Sequence record: MG592671.1 | Length of the DNA: 64,000 nucleotides | Direction: 5' to 3' (one strand) | In this document: one piece after another, positions 1-10,228 of the stretch | Numbering within the stretch: the stretch's first letter is position 1 | Layout: every line of letters starts with the position of its first letter | Made by a program: the position numbers and the translations under genes | The notes under the pieces: generated by a model | Seen by the model: the letters and a program-made list of their open reading frames with translations, nothing else | Told to the model about the DNA's origin: nothing | The model's database searches: none

Positions 1-23
1 TCATTCGATACGCGAGTTGTCAT
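1..23 (-). CDS. 5' end of a minus-strand gene running off the window
   Basis: ATG at 23 (minus strand) with SD AAGGAG (CTCCTT at 31-36); divergent from the tailspike gene. Confidence 0.55.
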
Positions 24-85
24 ATCTCTTCTCCTTATGTAGAACTACATTACCAATCCTACAATTTTAAATAATATTATAATGA

Positions 86-132
86 TATTTATTCGCACTA
101 GTAAATAAAAGTACGAATAAATATTGTAAATA
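86..132. promoter_or_regulatory. Divergent late-type promoter region (RTAAATA)
   Basis: GTAAATA at 101 and 126 on +, ATAAATA at 86-92 on -; resembles T4 late TATAAATA. Confidence 0.45.
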
Positions 133-158
133 TTCCAATATATTATGGAGAATTGAAT

Positions 159-2300
159 ATGAAAACATTTCCTCTTCAGAGTGATATGCTAAATGCGTAT
201 CTTGCTGAAAATGTTTCTGCAGGCGTAGTAATTACTACACTTGGTGGAACTGCTATTAATGACGGAGAAGGTGCAACGTGGGTTACTACAGGAAATGTTA
301 TTCCTGGTAATGCAGGCACTATTGTAAATGACAAAGCATACGACCAACGTGGTAACGAACTTAGTGCATTTGTCACAGTTAATAATTCTGAAGCAATAAG
401 CCTTAAATCATTTGGGGTAGTTGGCGATGGTGTTACAGATGACACAGCTGGTATCACTGCGGCAATATTAGCCGCAGAAGGTAAGACTCTCTACATACCA
501 GAAGGGGATTATAATTACTATAACGACTATACTAGGGATGCAATCAACGTTAGTAATATAACTATTCATTGTGATGGTTTTATTATAACTCCTAGAGGGC
601 TGCGACTAGAAGGAGATAGTATAACAATTATCGGAGGCAAATACGGAAGAACTGATAAGTCAACAAACACAAACACAAACTATGAATGTGGTATAGCTGT
701 GGTCGGTAACTACAACAGCATTTCCAAAATTGAGTGCTTGAATGTTGATGGTCCAGGATTAATATTTACTGGGACTTTTGGCCACATTGATCAATGTCAC
801 TTGCACGACAATCAAATGGGCGCATTGATGGGAAGTGCTTGTTCTCATGTTACCGTCGAAAACTGTAACATTCATAATAACGATGTTACTAATAATTCAG
901 GCGCTGACGGCCTAAACATTCAACGAAATACTGATAACATCACTGTTAGAAATAACCGTATCTATGAAAATGGCGAACATGGAGTTTACTTCCAAGGGAT
1001 GCGATCGCAGTTTCTAGGAAATGAAGTCTATCGTAACCATAGCGCTGGTATTAAATTTGGATCTCACCCAACTGGTCAAGCACCAAAAGAGATTATGCTG
1101 CCAATATCAGGTGACCTAGGAGACGGCATTATTGAGCAACAAGGTGGTCATACTATACTCATAGAAGGAAATAGTTGTTATGATAACCCAGGCGACAACA
1201 TTTACATCCAGCCTTCATTTAAACATGTGGAGATTTGCAACAACCGTTGCTGGAACACAAATATTGAAACAGTTCCAGTACACGATGGCATTAAGTTGAC
1301 ATATTTTTCAGGGGAAGGGGAAACAGATGAGTTAGAGGAATTGCGTGATATTAAAGTATACGGTAATTCTCTTATTGATTGTAATATATTTTCTGAATGT
1401 AATGGTACTGAGATTTTCGATAATTATGTTGAAGGTTCTATAACTTTATCAGCTTCTGACGGTGGCAAAACCGGACAAGTCAATAATCTAACTTGGCATA
1501 GAGTATCAAGAAACGTGGTCAAATATCGATCTGATGGTGGTGGTGGTATTATTCTTTGGAATAGGAGTGATAATGGATGTATTGCTGAAGATAACGACAT
1601 AATGTCTTTTGTTACTGGTGGCGGGGAACGAGATAGTATAAACCTCAAAGGGAACTTAATAAGAGAACTTCAAGACTCGATTGACTTCACACGTTTCAAC
1701 ACATTTGATGGAAATGAAGTACATATTGTAGGTAATATTGCACTAAACAGAGGTGATATAAGTTTTGGTTTCTCTAACTCATTTAGCGGAAATAGAATTT
1801 TTGGCCCTGACAGAACAGATAATCATGTTATTTCAGCATCATTTAATTCAACAACTAGTGATTATGGAATTTTTTCTGATAACTACATTTATGCTCCTCA
1901 AGCTGATAGAACAATCTATATGTGGGGTGATAATGTTACCGTGACCGGTAACGTACTTGAAAACCCAGGCGCTTCTATAGCTATTGATTATTATGGTAAT
2001 GGTGGAACATTTAGTGGAAACAACGCGTTGAGTGGTTACTTGAACTTACGAGAAGACGGTAGCACATTTGCTAGCGGTAACAATTTCTGGACTAATAACC
2101 AAGATACAGCAGGCGCACGCTTTATGACTAATATGTCAGTTGGTAATAATAAGGATATACAACAAGATACATCAGCGCCAACATCAAGACCTGAGTTCAT
2201 TGGTCAAATGTTTATTGATACTACAGCAGGAAACGTGTACATTTCAGTGGACAATGACGCATCTGGTGTTCCAGGTGGTTGGAAACTAGTAACAAATTAA
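159..2300 (+). CDS. Tailspike / right-handed beta-helix (pectate-lyase-like) depolymerase
   Basis: FGVVGDGVTDDTAGI motif, many parallel beta-helix repeats (NNRIYENG, GNEVYRN), SD GGAG 8 nt before ATG159. Confidence 0.8.
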   Translation: MKTFPLQSDMLNAYLAENVSAGVVITTLGGTAINDGEGATWVTTGNVIPGNAGTIVNDKAYDQRGNELSAFVTVNNSEAISLKSFGVVGDGVTDDTAGITAAILAAEGKTLYIPEGDYNYYNDYTRDAINVSNITIHCDGFIITPRGLRLEGDSITIIGGKYGRTDKSTNTNTNYECGIAVVGNYNSISKIECLNVDGPGLIFTGTFGHIDQCHLHDNQMGALMGSACSHVTVENCNIHNNDVTNNSGADGLNIQRNTDNITVRNNRIYENGEHGVYFQGMRSQFLGNEVYRNHSAGIKFGSHPTGQAPKEIMLPISGDLGDGIIEQQGGHTILIEGNSCYDNPGDNIYIQPSFKHVEICNNRCWNTNIETVPVHDGIKLTYFSGEGETDELEELRDIKVYGNSLIDCNIFSECNGTEIFDNYVEGSITLSASDGGKTGQVNNLTWHRVSRNVVKYRSDGGGGIILWNRSDNGCIAEDNDIMSFVTGGGERDSINLKGNLIRELQDSIDFTRFNTFDGNEVHIVGNIALNRGDISFGFSNSFSGNRIFGPDRTDNHVISASFNSTTSDYGIFSDNYIYAPQADRTIYMWGDNVTVTGNVLENPGASIAIDYYGNGGTFSGNNALSGYLNLREDGSTFASGNNFWTNNQDTAGARFMTNMSVGNNKDIQQDTSAPTSRPEFIGQMFIDTTAGNVYISVDNDASGVPGGWKLVTN

Positions 2301-2303
2301 TAG

Positions 2304-2326
2304 AAAACCCGCTCAGCGGGTTTTTT
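2304..2326 (+). terminator. Rho-independent terminator
   Basis: AAAACCCGC-TCA-GCGGGTTTTTT. Confidence 0.9.
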
Positions 2327-2398
2327 ACTGACTAAATTCCAGCAACATAACCACAATATTGTGTTAATATAAGTTATAATTTTACAAGAGATTTTGCT

Positions 2399-2965
2399 AT
2401 GAAAACCGCTATACTTTTTTTCGGACGAACTCAACCGTGTGTTCACAAAGGTCACGAAATGATCTTCGACAAAATGCGTAACGAGTGGCTAAAAGATCCG
2501 CAGAACTCTTCGTATTTCATCTATCTTACTATGACTGTAAATAGAAATTCCCCGATTCCTTATAAAACTAAGTTAGATATCTCTAAGCAGTTAGTTCCGC
2601 TTCATGCTTCTCGATTTGTCGATGAGCATCCAGGCAACCTTATCTCTGTATTAAAGGACTTGCAAGAAAATTATACTGATATAAAAATTTATACAGGATC
2701 TGATCGTTCTCTTGGATTAAGCTATGTGTACGATTATAACGGGAAAGAGTATAATTTTAATTCTATAGAAGTTGTGAATGCAGGTGAACGTAATATATGG
2801 TCTACAGGTGTAGACGGCATAAGCGGTACTAAACTCCGCGAGTGTATACGAAATAAAGATTTAGATGGTTTTATTGATGGTATTCCTAGAACCCCTAAAG
2901 AGAAGGCATCTGAAGTATTCAATACTCTATCAAATGAAATGAATGTTGTGTCAAAGGCTAGTTAA
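2399..2965 (+). CDS. HxGH-class cytidylyltransferase-like nucleotidyltransferase
   Basis: FGRTQPCVHKGH, GSDR and ISGTKLR motifs typical of phage cytidylyltransferases. Confidence 0.75.
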   Translation: MKTAILFFGRTQPCVHKGHEMIFDKMRNEWLKDPQNSSYFIYLTMTVNRNSPIPYKTKLDISKQLVPLHASRFVDEHPGNLISVLKDLQENYTDIKIYTGSDRSLGLSYVYDYNGKEYNFNSIEVVNAGERNIWSTGVDGISGTKLRECIRNKDLDGFIDGIPRTPKEKASEVFNTLSNEMNVVSKAS

Positions 2966-4134
2966 TGATATCAGATAAAGATTTAGACATCAAAGTAAAA
3001 CGTAATTTTTGTAATTATAGTGGTCATTTAGAAGAAGAATATGAGTACTATGATAGTGTTGATGACCATGGCAAGCATGTTGAGGTTAAGCATGGATACT
3101 ACCACATGTACAGCTCAGATTGTCCCACATTTATACAGAATGACTATATCTACAGACATAACAAACTCCACGGCCACCAAAAAGAATATGAATGGGATTT
3201 CGAAAATCGCTTAGAAGCTGAAGGTGAATTTGACAATGGGGTTAAAGTAGGAGTTCATAAAAGCTACAATTACGTTCGACTTAATAATTTCAACGATGAC
3301 AAAGTCTTTGTTGAAATTAGAATGTGTGCATATGTTAATGGCAAGTTGCACGGAGTTTCTCAGGAGCAACTAGAAGATGGTACTGTTATTAGCGAAGCTA
3401 TCTACAATAACGGCGTTTTAGAGTCTATGTGGGAAAAGGACAGTTCCTCTGGTTATAAATTACTTGATAAAGCTTTTTGTAAACTTGGTAATAAAAAATT
3501 AGGAGCATCGTGGGATAGAGGCGAGCTTACTGCTAAGTGGGAAGCTACGATGGGATGCGACGATTTACATAACGAAGTGTACATTACCAAATATGAAGAT
3601 TACGAGACTGGGCCAGGTGGTAAGAATTTTTTAAGAACGTATGTTGAGTTTGATGAGAACAGCAACGCAACAACTGCCAAGACTTTTTACTCTTCTGGGG
3701 CAATCAACGAAGTATACACTGTGGTTAATAATCCATTTAGAAAGTTGCAAACTTCCCCTACAAATGCAATACACTACCATACTTCACCAGAAAACAGCCC
3801 AGGAGCGCCTTGGTTTGGTAACATCCCATATCTACCAGATGAATTTCGTCGTCAAGGCCTACAGCGAGTCGAGTATTACGAAAATGGAAATGTTAAGATG
3901 GCTAACATGATAGATGGTAGAAAGTTTCTAGGAGAATTTCGCTTTTACGATGCACTTGGTAATCTTGTTGAGCATGCATATTATCATCAAGGACAAGATG
4001 TTACTAATGATGTTCTTGAGATCGCAGAATGTGATACACTTGATGACATTAGTGAGGAAGCTGAGGTTTTTCTAACACTCCAATATGGTGCGTTACTCTT
4101 AACTCCTAAGGAGTTATTATGTCCTCTGAAGTAA
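2965..4134 (+). CDS. MORN-variant/YwqK-like repeat protein
   Basis: Repeats such as EGEFDNGVKVG, YVNGKLHG, YYENGNVK. Confidence 0.6.
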   Translation: MISDKDLDIKVKRNFCNYSGHLEEEYEYYDSVDDHGKHVEVKHGYYHMYSSDCPTFIQNDYIYRHNKLHGHQKEYEWDFENRLEAEGEFDNGVKVGVHKSYNYVRLNNFNDDKVFVEIRMCAYVNGKLHGVSQEQLEDGTVISEAIYNNGVLESMWEKDSSSGYKLLDKAFCKLGNKKLGASWDRGELTAKWEATMGCDDLHNEVYITKYEDYETGPGGKNFLRTYVEFDENSNATTAKTFYSSGAINEVYTVVNNPFRKLQTSPTNAIHYHTSPENSPGAPWFGNIPYLPDEFRRQGLQRVEYYENGNVKMANMIDGRKFLGEFRFYDALGNLVEHAYYHQGQDVTNDVLEIAECDTLDDISEEAEVFLTLQYGALLLTPKELLCPLK

Positions 4135-4463
4135 AAGTTAGATTCACAGTACATCCACTTTTCGAGATGTATGAAGAAGATTACAATATTAGACAAGTAT
4201 CGGTGAAGATTGACAGCGATCGTATTGCTGTCATTAATTGCCAAAAAACAAAAGATAAATGGGGCGAGCCTAAATTTGTTATACTAAAAGGACAACTTAC
4301 CTATAGAGAAATGACTGGCTTAGGGTTCGCAATGCAACGCGCCCAAAAGATTATGATGTCTATAGGTCAACTTGTAGTAAGTACAGCTGACTTAGAGCTT
4401 TTAATAGAGAAGGCTGACGGGGAGACTCACGGACCATGCCATGCCCTATCCAACGACGAATAA
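4119..4463 (+). CDS. hypothetical protein
   Basis: ORF coupled to its neighbours. Confidence 0.7.
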   Translation: MSSEVKVRFTVHPLFEMYEEDYNIRQVSVKIDSDRIAVINCQKTKDKWGEPKFVILKGQLTYREMTGLGFAMQRAQKIMMSIGQLVVSTADLELLIEKADGETHGPCHALSNDE

Positions 4464-4723
4464 TGAATATTCTTCAAACACAGCATGAAATATGTGTGGA
4501 AGTAAAACACATTACTAAACGATATACTATGAAACACTCATACCGTAGTGTTGACTCGTTGAATATTCCTAGTGAGTGGATAAAAGTTATATACTTGATC
4601 AGCAGTACTGAGTTGTCAGAATACACTGAAGAGCAAATCATAAACGCAGTAAATCTACTGTCAGAAAAATCAAATGTATCTTTACATGTAGACGGTAAGC
4701 GTCTACGTTATAAGAAGGACTAG
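4463..4723 (+). CDS. hypothetical protein
   Basis: TAATG overlap places the start at 4463. Confidence 0.65.
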   Translation: MNILQTQHEICVEVKHITKRYTMKHSYRSVDSLNIPSEWIKVIYLISSTELSEYTEEQIINAVNLLSEKSNVSLHVDGKRLRYKKD

Positions 4724-4727
4724 CTAT

Positions 4728-5048
4728 ATGTACAAAACATTACCGTATACGTCAGTTTATGACGTGATGATTGAATGGAAAGCAGCAGTTATTATCAAGC
4801 AGAACTTTGCTCTTAAAAACAACTCCAGAGATGATTGCGATCGTGATTTGATTATCCCTGAAGTTATAGAGACTCGCGTTGTTCCAGGTAAAAACAAAAC
4901 AAGAACCATCAGACGAAAGGCTGAAACTTTAGATGATTTATTTGTCGCGCATTCTCAAAAATTATCGCAACCGTATTCTACAACTGTAGACATTATTGAA
5001 AGAGATCTACGAGATGTAGTGCGAACAATGACACTAGGTTACGATTAA
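4728..5048 (+). CDS. hypothetical protein (C-terminal tag family)
   Basis: ORF; ends RDVVRTMTLGYD. Confidence 0.65.
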   Translation: MYKTLPYTSVYDVMIEWKAAVIIKQNFALKNNSRDDCDRDLIIPEVIETRVVPGKNKTRTIRRKAETLDDLFVAHSQKLSQPYSTTVDIIERDLRDVVRTMTLGYD

Positions 5049-5078
5049 TGTAATTGTATCTATAATATGTGTTATAAC
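5049..5078 (+). promoter_or_regulatory. Phage promoter (variant)
   Basis: TGTAATT-N14-TGTTATAAC. Confidence 0.55.
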
Positions 5079-5113
5079 AATGTACAACATAACAAAACGT
5101 AAGGAGCTTGCGT

Positions 5114-5377
5114 ATGTCCAAAATTATCAAGGCTGAAGAGGCCACTCGAGCTATATTGAAGTTCTCAGGTCAGTACGGCCTAAAATCTGTAACTCTAACA
5201 ACCACTCTAGCGCAACGTTGCCAAAGTGTAGGTACTCTTACTTTGTATGCTGAGTCAGATGACGCGTATCCTGTTGTTTTGGAAGATGTGCGTTACCCAA
5301 ATGTTGTTGTTCGAAGTGTAGCACAAATGCTCCGTATCAATTTTTATTTGCGATACGATCATACCGAAATGGCGTAG
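5114..5377 (+). CDS. hypothetical protein
   Basis: SD AAGGAG at 5101. Confidence 0.7.
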   Translation: MSKIIKAEEATRAILKFSGQYGLKSVTLTTTLAQRCQSVGTLTLYAESDDAYPVVLEDVRYPNVVVRSVAQMLRINFYLRYDHTEMA

Positions 5378-5441
5378 CACGCCATTCTATGGCCTAGAAC
5401 CACCGGGCCTCCATTAACTAAGGACAATAAGGATTACCAGG

Positions 5442-5996
5442 ATGGTTTATTTGTGTTATATTTCTAAAGGAATGTCGGTAAAAGAAGTTTCGGAAATGCT
5501 TGGATATGATAAGCATAACCCTATAAAGCAAGAAATATACCAGCAACTAATAGATGGTGCTAAGTTTAAAAAGTGGGATACAGAAGCTCGATCAAAAAAA
5601 GGCGCGAAAGGCAGTATGCGTTTTGTAAAACTCATTGATATCAATTCTGATGATGTTGAATCTTGGCTTTTCACTCTAGGACTTGAGGATTCTACATTCT
5701 TCCCTTTAGGAGTTATAGACGTTACTGGTGAAGAACTAGTTAATGAACGTGATGACGAACTAAGCAACATCCATTGGAGTATTCAACCTGAACTGAGTAA
5801 AATGGTTGTTGAGTATTATACAAAGTATCCTAAGACAGAAATTGTGTATCGTGGAGGCTGGAATCGTGATATTGACTACAGTCTTAGAAACAGGTTGTCC
5901 GCACATTACAATACTCGCTATAGAGAAGAAGAAACAAAAATCAAGAAAAAGTATGCCAACACAATCACCCAATATATGAAAAAATTTGACCTATGA
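5442..5996 (+). CDS. hypothetical protein
   Basis: 184-aa ORF coupled to the next gene. Confidence 0.7.
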   Translation: MVYLCYISKGMSVKEVSEMLGYDKHNPIKQEIYQQLIDGAKFKKWDTEARSKKGAKGSMRFVKLIDINSDDVESWLFTLGLEDSTFFPLGVIDVTGEELVNERDDELSNIHWSIQPELSKMVVEYYTKYPKTEIVYRGGWNRDIDYSLRNRLSAHYNTRYREEETKIKKKYANTITQYMKKFDL

Positions 5997-6442
5997 AAAA
6001 ATATCTACATTGGTGCATCAGCACATCCAGCAAAATGTATAAGAAATACGGAACTAAGTATATTCTAATACTCACTGGTTCAATCACTGGCCTAAACGTT
6101 ATTATCGGGGCTTTATTTTTGTATTTGTTTGAGCACAATGTAGACAATGCGCTAATCAACTCATATAGTTCAGCTTTATGGATGAACTGGATGGTAGCTA
6201 CAACTGTAGGTTTTGGGGATTACTATCCTATATCTACAGGAGGTAAAATAGTTACTGGTATCTCAAGTGCAATTGGCATAGGAATGTTTGGGTTATTCAC
6301 TTCTGTAGTATCAGGTATTCTAATGGAACATACTGATGATAGTATTAGAAACAGAGAACTAAAAGAACAAAATGCTAGAATTGAAATTGAACTTAACGAG
6401 GTCAAGAAGATCCTAGTAAGCTTTACCAAAGATAAAAAATAA
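5993..6442 (+). CDS. Two-TM potassium channel (KcsA/Ion_trans_2-like)
   Basis: TM1, pore helix ALWMNWMVA, filter TTVGFGDYYP, TM2 GIGMFGL, C-terminal coiled coil. Confidence 0.9.
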   Translation: MKKYLHWCISTSSKMYKKYGTKYILILTGSITGLNVIIGALFLYLFEHNVDNALINSYSSALWMNWMVATTVGFGDYYPISTGGKIVTGISSAIGIGMFGLFTSVVSGILMEHTDDSIRNRELKEQNARIEIELNEVKKILVSFTKDKK

Positions 6443-6457
6443 GGTTAATGCGTTAAA

Positions 6458-6793
6458 ATGAGCAATTTTGAAAAGTTTTATCCTGCATTATATAACTGGT
6501 GTTCTCGTCACCCCTCACATATGTTAAGTTCTAATTGTGCATTTAAAAATCTAATGACTAAGGATTTAGGCGATTTGCCTGGATTTGCAGATTGTGGGAT
6601 TAGAACTGTGTACGCTAGAGCAGCCCAAGATCCATTTGCAATCAAATATACCTATCATATAGGAGATGTCAACTCACGTAAGAGTATTAACGTGGTGATA
6701 TCTATGGGAATTGAGTTCCATAGACGTGATGGCAGCACAGCCGCAGCGATTGCAAATGATTTAACATACCAAAATCTTAGGAAGTATACTTAA
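6458..6793 (+). CDS. hypothetical protein
   Basis: ORF coupled to rnlA. Confidence 0.7.
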   Translation: MSNFEKFYPALYNWCSRHPSHMLSSNCAFKNLMTKDLGDLPGFADCGIRTVYARAAQDPFAIKYTYHIGDVNSRKSINVVISMGIEFHRRDGSTAAAIANDLTYQNLRKYT

Positions 6794-7959
6794 TGAAATA
6801 TCAAGAATTATCCACTCGTCAAGAGGAAATCTTTTCTAATCTAACAACTATTTGTAAGGATAGTGACGCATTCTACTTCCAAGATTTCCCAGCAAATGAA
6901 GACGAAGACACAGTGTACCGAATCTTCAATTACCGACAAGCATCATATACTGACTTTTGTATGCCAGATGCGCATGAATGTCGAGGAATTACCTTTGAAG
7001 TATCAATGTATGGTAACCCTATACGTTTAGTATCGATGCCAATGCAGAAATTCTACAATCATTCAGAAACCCCGTTTGCAATGGTACATGATATTTTTGA
7101 TACAGATCCACTACTTCATGTGTCTGAGACTGACGTGAAGGCCGACGGATCTCTGATCAGCTCAGCAATCCACGTAGATGGCATGCTAGTGTTGAAATCC
7201 AAAGGGTCATTTGCCTCAGTCCAAGCAACTGAATCCTTAAAATGGCTCGAGCATCGACCTGAGATATACAACGAGGTGATGCAACTAACCCAAAATGGAT
7301 ATACAGTAAATTTTGAATGGTGTTCACCAGATAATCGTATCATTTTACCATACGCTGAGCCCCATCTTAAAGTGTTAAACATTCGTAATAATTTTACTGG
7401 TGAGTACGAGTCTCGACGTGACATCGGGGTACATTCTCCAGTACTTAAATCTCACATGATTGAACTTGTGTCTCTTCCAGGTAATACTTGGGACGAAATG
7501 ATTGAAACAGTTCGAAAAGAAACTGGTATTGAAGGGTACATTGTCAAGTTTGATAATGGGTTATGGGTTAAAATTAAAACTGACACATACAAAACGTTGC
7601 ATCACTCGAAAGACTCTGTTAATATTCCGCGCCGTTTATTTGAAGCGTGTGTGATGGATGCCACTGATGACCTAAAGGATATGTTTGGGACTGACGAAGT
7701 GGCTATGAAGCTAATTACTGATATGGAAGATTTTGTTCGTCCTATTTATAATGGCATCTGTAATGATGTTGAAACTTTTTATAATGATAACAAAGAGCGC
7801 TCACAGAAAGAATACGCTATTGCTGCACAGGCAGTCTTAGGCAAAGAACTGAACAAGTTTGGCCTAGCTATGTCATTGTACAACGGCAAAGAGATTGACT
7901 ACAAAAGCAATTTGAAGAAGTACTGGAAATCTCTTGGTCTTAAAGATGAGAAAATCTAA
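6793..7959 (+). CDS. rnlA: RNA ligase 1 (T4 RnlA-like)
   Basis: ECRGITF, motif I KADGSLI, EGYIV, VKIK. Confidence 0.9.
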   Translation: MKYQELSTRQEEIFSNLTTICKDSDAFYFQDFPANEDEDTVYRIFNYRQASYTDFCMPDAHECRGITFEVSMYGNPIRLVSMPMQKFYNHSETPFAMVHDIFDTDPLLHVSETDVKADGSLISSAIHVDGMLVLKSKGSFASVQATESLKWLEHRPEIYNEVMQLTQNGYTVNFEWCSPDNRIILPYAEPHLKVLNIRNNFTGEYESRRDIGVHSPVLKSHMIELVSLPGNTWDEMIETVRKETGIEGYIVKFDNGLWVKIKTDTYKTLHHSKDSVNIPRRLFEACVMDATDDLKDMFGTDEVAMKLITDMEDFVRPIYNGICNDVETFYNDNKERSQKEYAIAAQAVLGKELNKFGLAMSLYNGKEIDYKSNLKKYWKSLGLKDEKI

Positions 7960-8231
7960 TGCTACAGAACTTTGCCTCTAATATTGAGAAGCCAACGTCG
8001 GCAATGCGAACAGCATATCTCTACGCTTTGAGTATTGGGGCGTTTGATTCTGATAAAGTTTCATATTATGATTTTGAAAGTAGTTCCTTAGATGATAGTC
8101 CCTCGACAGAAATACATAATTCTGTTTTCGAAGCGCTGCATGTTCTTTGGAAAGAAGGTTTTATTATCATAGATAGTGAGGGACCTTTTGAAATGGTACG
8201 CTGGAACAGCGAGGATTATCCTATTGCTTGA
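7959..8231 (+). CDS. hypothetical protein (paralogue of next gene)
   Basis: Shares IGAFD/MGAFD and W-SE/W-SD with 8224-8490. Confidence 0.7.
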   Translation: MLQNFASNIEKPTSAMRTAYLYALSIGAFDSDKVSYYDFESSSLDDSPSTEIHNSVFEALHVLWKEGFIIIDSEGPFEMVRWNSEDYPIA

Positions 8232-8490
8232 AGACTTTGCTAGATCTATCCAACGTTGGACTGATTGCGAAATTGCAGCATACCAACTAGGCATCCATAT
8301 GGGTGCCTTTGATCAAGAAGATGTGCCGTTAAATGACTTTTACGAAGGTGATTTTGATGATGAGTATCTTCATGATCTAAAAATATCACTACTTAGAGCT
8401 CTTAACGCATTAGAGCACGAACGCTATATCGTATATTACATTGGAGAAAGCATGTGGAAATGGCGAAGCGATTTATATCCGTTGGACTAA
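8224..8490 (+). CDS. hypothetical protein (paralogue of previous gene)
   Basis: TTG start chosen by alignment with the upstream paralogue. Confidence 0.6.
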   Translation: MLEDFARSIQRWTDCEIAAYQLGIHMGAFDQEDVPLNDFYEGDFDDEYLHDLKISLLRALNALEHERYIVYYIGESMWKWRSDLYPLD

Positions 8491-8708
8491 TAGCTCTAGC
8501 ATTGGTCGGGTGTGGTAAAACTGAAATAGCTGAAGAAAAGTTTACTAAAGTTGAACTTGAATCAAATGATATGGTATTCACTGAGTTCTCACGATCTATG
8601 TCAGTGCTGCAGATAACTGCAAATGGAATGCCGTGTATAGTTTATAACCACATGTCAAACAAGGCAGGCATCACTTGTGATTGGACGAAATATAACCCCG
8701 GCCCATAG
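8460..8708 (+). CDS. Lipoprotein
   Basis: Signal peptide with lipobox LVGC. Confidence 0.65.
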   Translation: MAKRFISVGLIALALVGCGKTEIAEEKFTKVELESNDMVFTEFSRSMSVLQITANGMPCIVYNHMSNKAGITCDWTKYNPGP

Positions 8709-8964
8709 AGGCGTATACATCTACGAAGAAGTAGATGATAAAACTGTGATTATCGAGCTTAAAAACCAATTTTACCGAGGTGATTTATTTGACTGGCTTA
8801 ACAGTATAGAATGTTTCGCGCAAACCATACGTGATTATGAACAGCCAATAATGCATGAGAAAGAAGATAGAGACAAACTTGGTATTTGGAAAAGGTTTAG
8901 AGTAACCGAACTCATTGAAATTAAGGGATATGACGTAGTTACTTTAGTTATGTTAGGACTGTAG
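8677..8964 (+). CDS. hypothetical protein (C-terminal tag family)
   Basis: Ends YDVVTLVMLGL; start uncertain. Confidence 0.6.
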   Translation: MIGRNITPAHRGVYIYEEVDDKTVIIELKNQFYRGDLFDWLNSIECFAQTIRDYEQPIMHEKEDRDKLGIWKRFRVTELIEIKGYDVVTLVMLGL

Positions 8965-9013
8965 CAGAGACCTAAAAAATACACAATAGCAACATATTTT
9001 ATTGGCGGATATC

Positions 9014-9406
9014 ATGAAGAAAAAAGCTTCTGTTTGTTTGATACAAAATAGCGAAGGCGCAGTGCTACTATTGAAGCGGTCGCCTAATGATCGATCATAT
9101 CCTAACACTTGGTGCTTACCTGGAGGTAAGCTTGACGAAGGGGAAGACTTTGAAGACGCGTGTATCAGAGAAACACACGAGGAAACTGGACTAATAGTCA
9201 ACCCATGGGAGCGGAGTATTTCATATGAAATACCAGGTTTCGAAGTACGAATTTTTGATGCATTAGAGGTTGACGGTGAAATAATTAACTTCCCTACTAA
9301 CGAACACTCAGAGTATAAGTGGGTTCCTAAATCGGAACTTTCTCAGTACGAGGTTCCTCAAATGACTACCACATACCTTAAATGGAGATTAGGTCCTTAT
9401 GACTAA
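9014..9406 (+). CDS. Nudix hydrolase (MutT-like)
   Basis: Nudix box GGKLDEGEDFEDACIRETHEETG. Confidence 0.9.
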   Translation: MKKKASVCLIQNSEGAVLLLKRSPNDRSYPNTWCLPGGKLDEGEDFEDACIRETHEETGLIVNPWERSISYEIPGFEVRIFDALEVDGEIINFPTNEHSEYKWVPKSELSQYEVPQMTTTYLKWRLGPYD

Positions 9407-9959
9407 AAACAAAGAACGTTTTGAATTATTGAAAGAACGCAACATCATCCTTACTGGCAACGTTGCAGAAGCAAACTGTGCAGAACTGGTGCAAAAAATC
9501 ATTGACATCAATCTTAAAGACGATGTAATGGAAGAAATGGAAGTCGGATACGTTCGCGAACCAATCAAACTAACAATTGATTCGTACGGTGGTTGCTGTT
9601 ATAGTGGTAATGGTCTTATTGGTACAATCCTTACATCAAAGACTCCAGTGTGGACTTACTGTCATTCTAAAGCCATGAGTATGGGACAATTGACTTTCAT
9701 CGCAGGAGAGCGACGTTTTATTGGACCACAAGCAACTATTATGTTTCATGGTGTTGCAACAGGTGCCACTGGATACCTCCCAGCAGTTGAAACTAAATTG
9801 GAAGAAGGTCGTCGTTTAGAAGAAAAAGGTACAAAACTAACAGTGGCTCGCACTAAGGTATCTCGTGATAAACTAGAGGGTGTTATCAAAGAGAAGACGG
9901 AATGGTTTTTTGATGCCGAACAAGCAATTGAGTACGGCTTTGCTACGGATCTCCTATAA
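9399..9959 (+). CDS. clpP: ClpP-like protease
   Basis: IDSYGG, AMSMG catalytic Ser, IMFH. Confidence 0.85.
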   Translation: MTKNKERFELLKERNIILTGNVAEANCAELVQKIIDINLKDDVMEEMEVGYVREPIKLTIDSYGGCCYSGNGLIGTILTSKTPVWTYCHSKAMSMGQLTFIAGERRFIGPQATIMFHGVATGATGYLPAVETKLEEGRRLEEKGTKLTVARTKVSRDKLEGVIKEKTEWFFDAEQAIEYGFATDLL

Positions 9960-10228
9960 TGTCAGAATTTACTATCCAGGAAACCCAAAAAGCAGTAGTT
10001 CGTTCGATGACGCCAGAACTAAAAACTCGGCCCAGCTCGATGATGGAAGGATACACTATCTTTGAGTTTAGAGCAGGATCTCATTGGACAGTCTCGCGTG
10101 TCCATGCAATCATTGAAGAATTTGAAATTGAGTTTCTTGAATTAGAGTGTAAACTAAACGTGTTTAGCTTCCAAACAAAACAAGGTGATGAGTTACTAGC
10201 CCACTTTACATTATTAGGATTGTTATGA
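9959..10228 (+). CDS. hypothetical protein (C-terminal tag family)
   Basis: Ends DELLAHFTLLGLL. Confidence 0.7.
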   Translation: MSEFTIQETQKAVVRSMTPELKTRPSSMMEGYTIFEFRAGSHWTVSRVHAIIEEFEIEFLELECKLNVFSFQTKQGDELLAHFTLLGLL

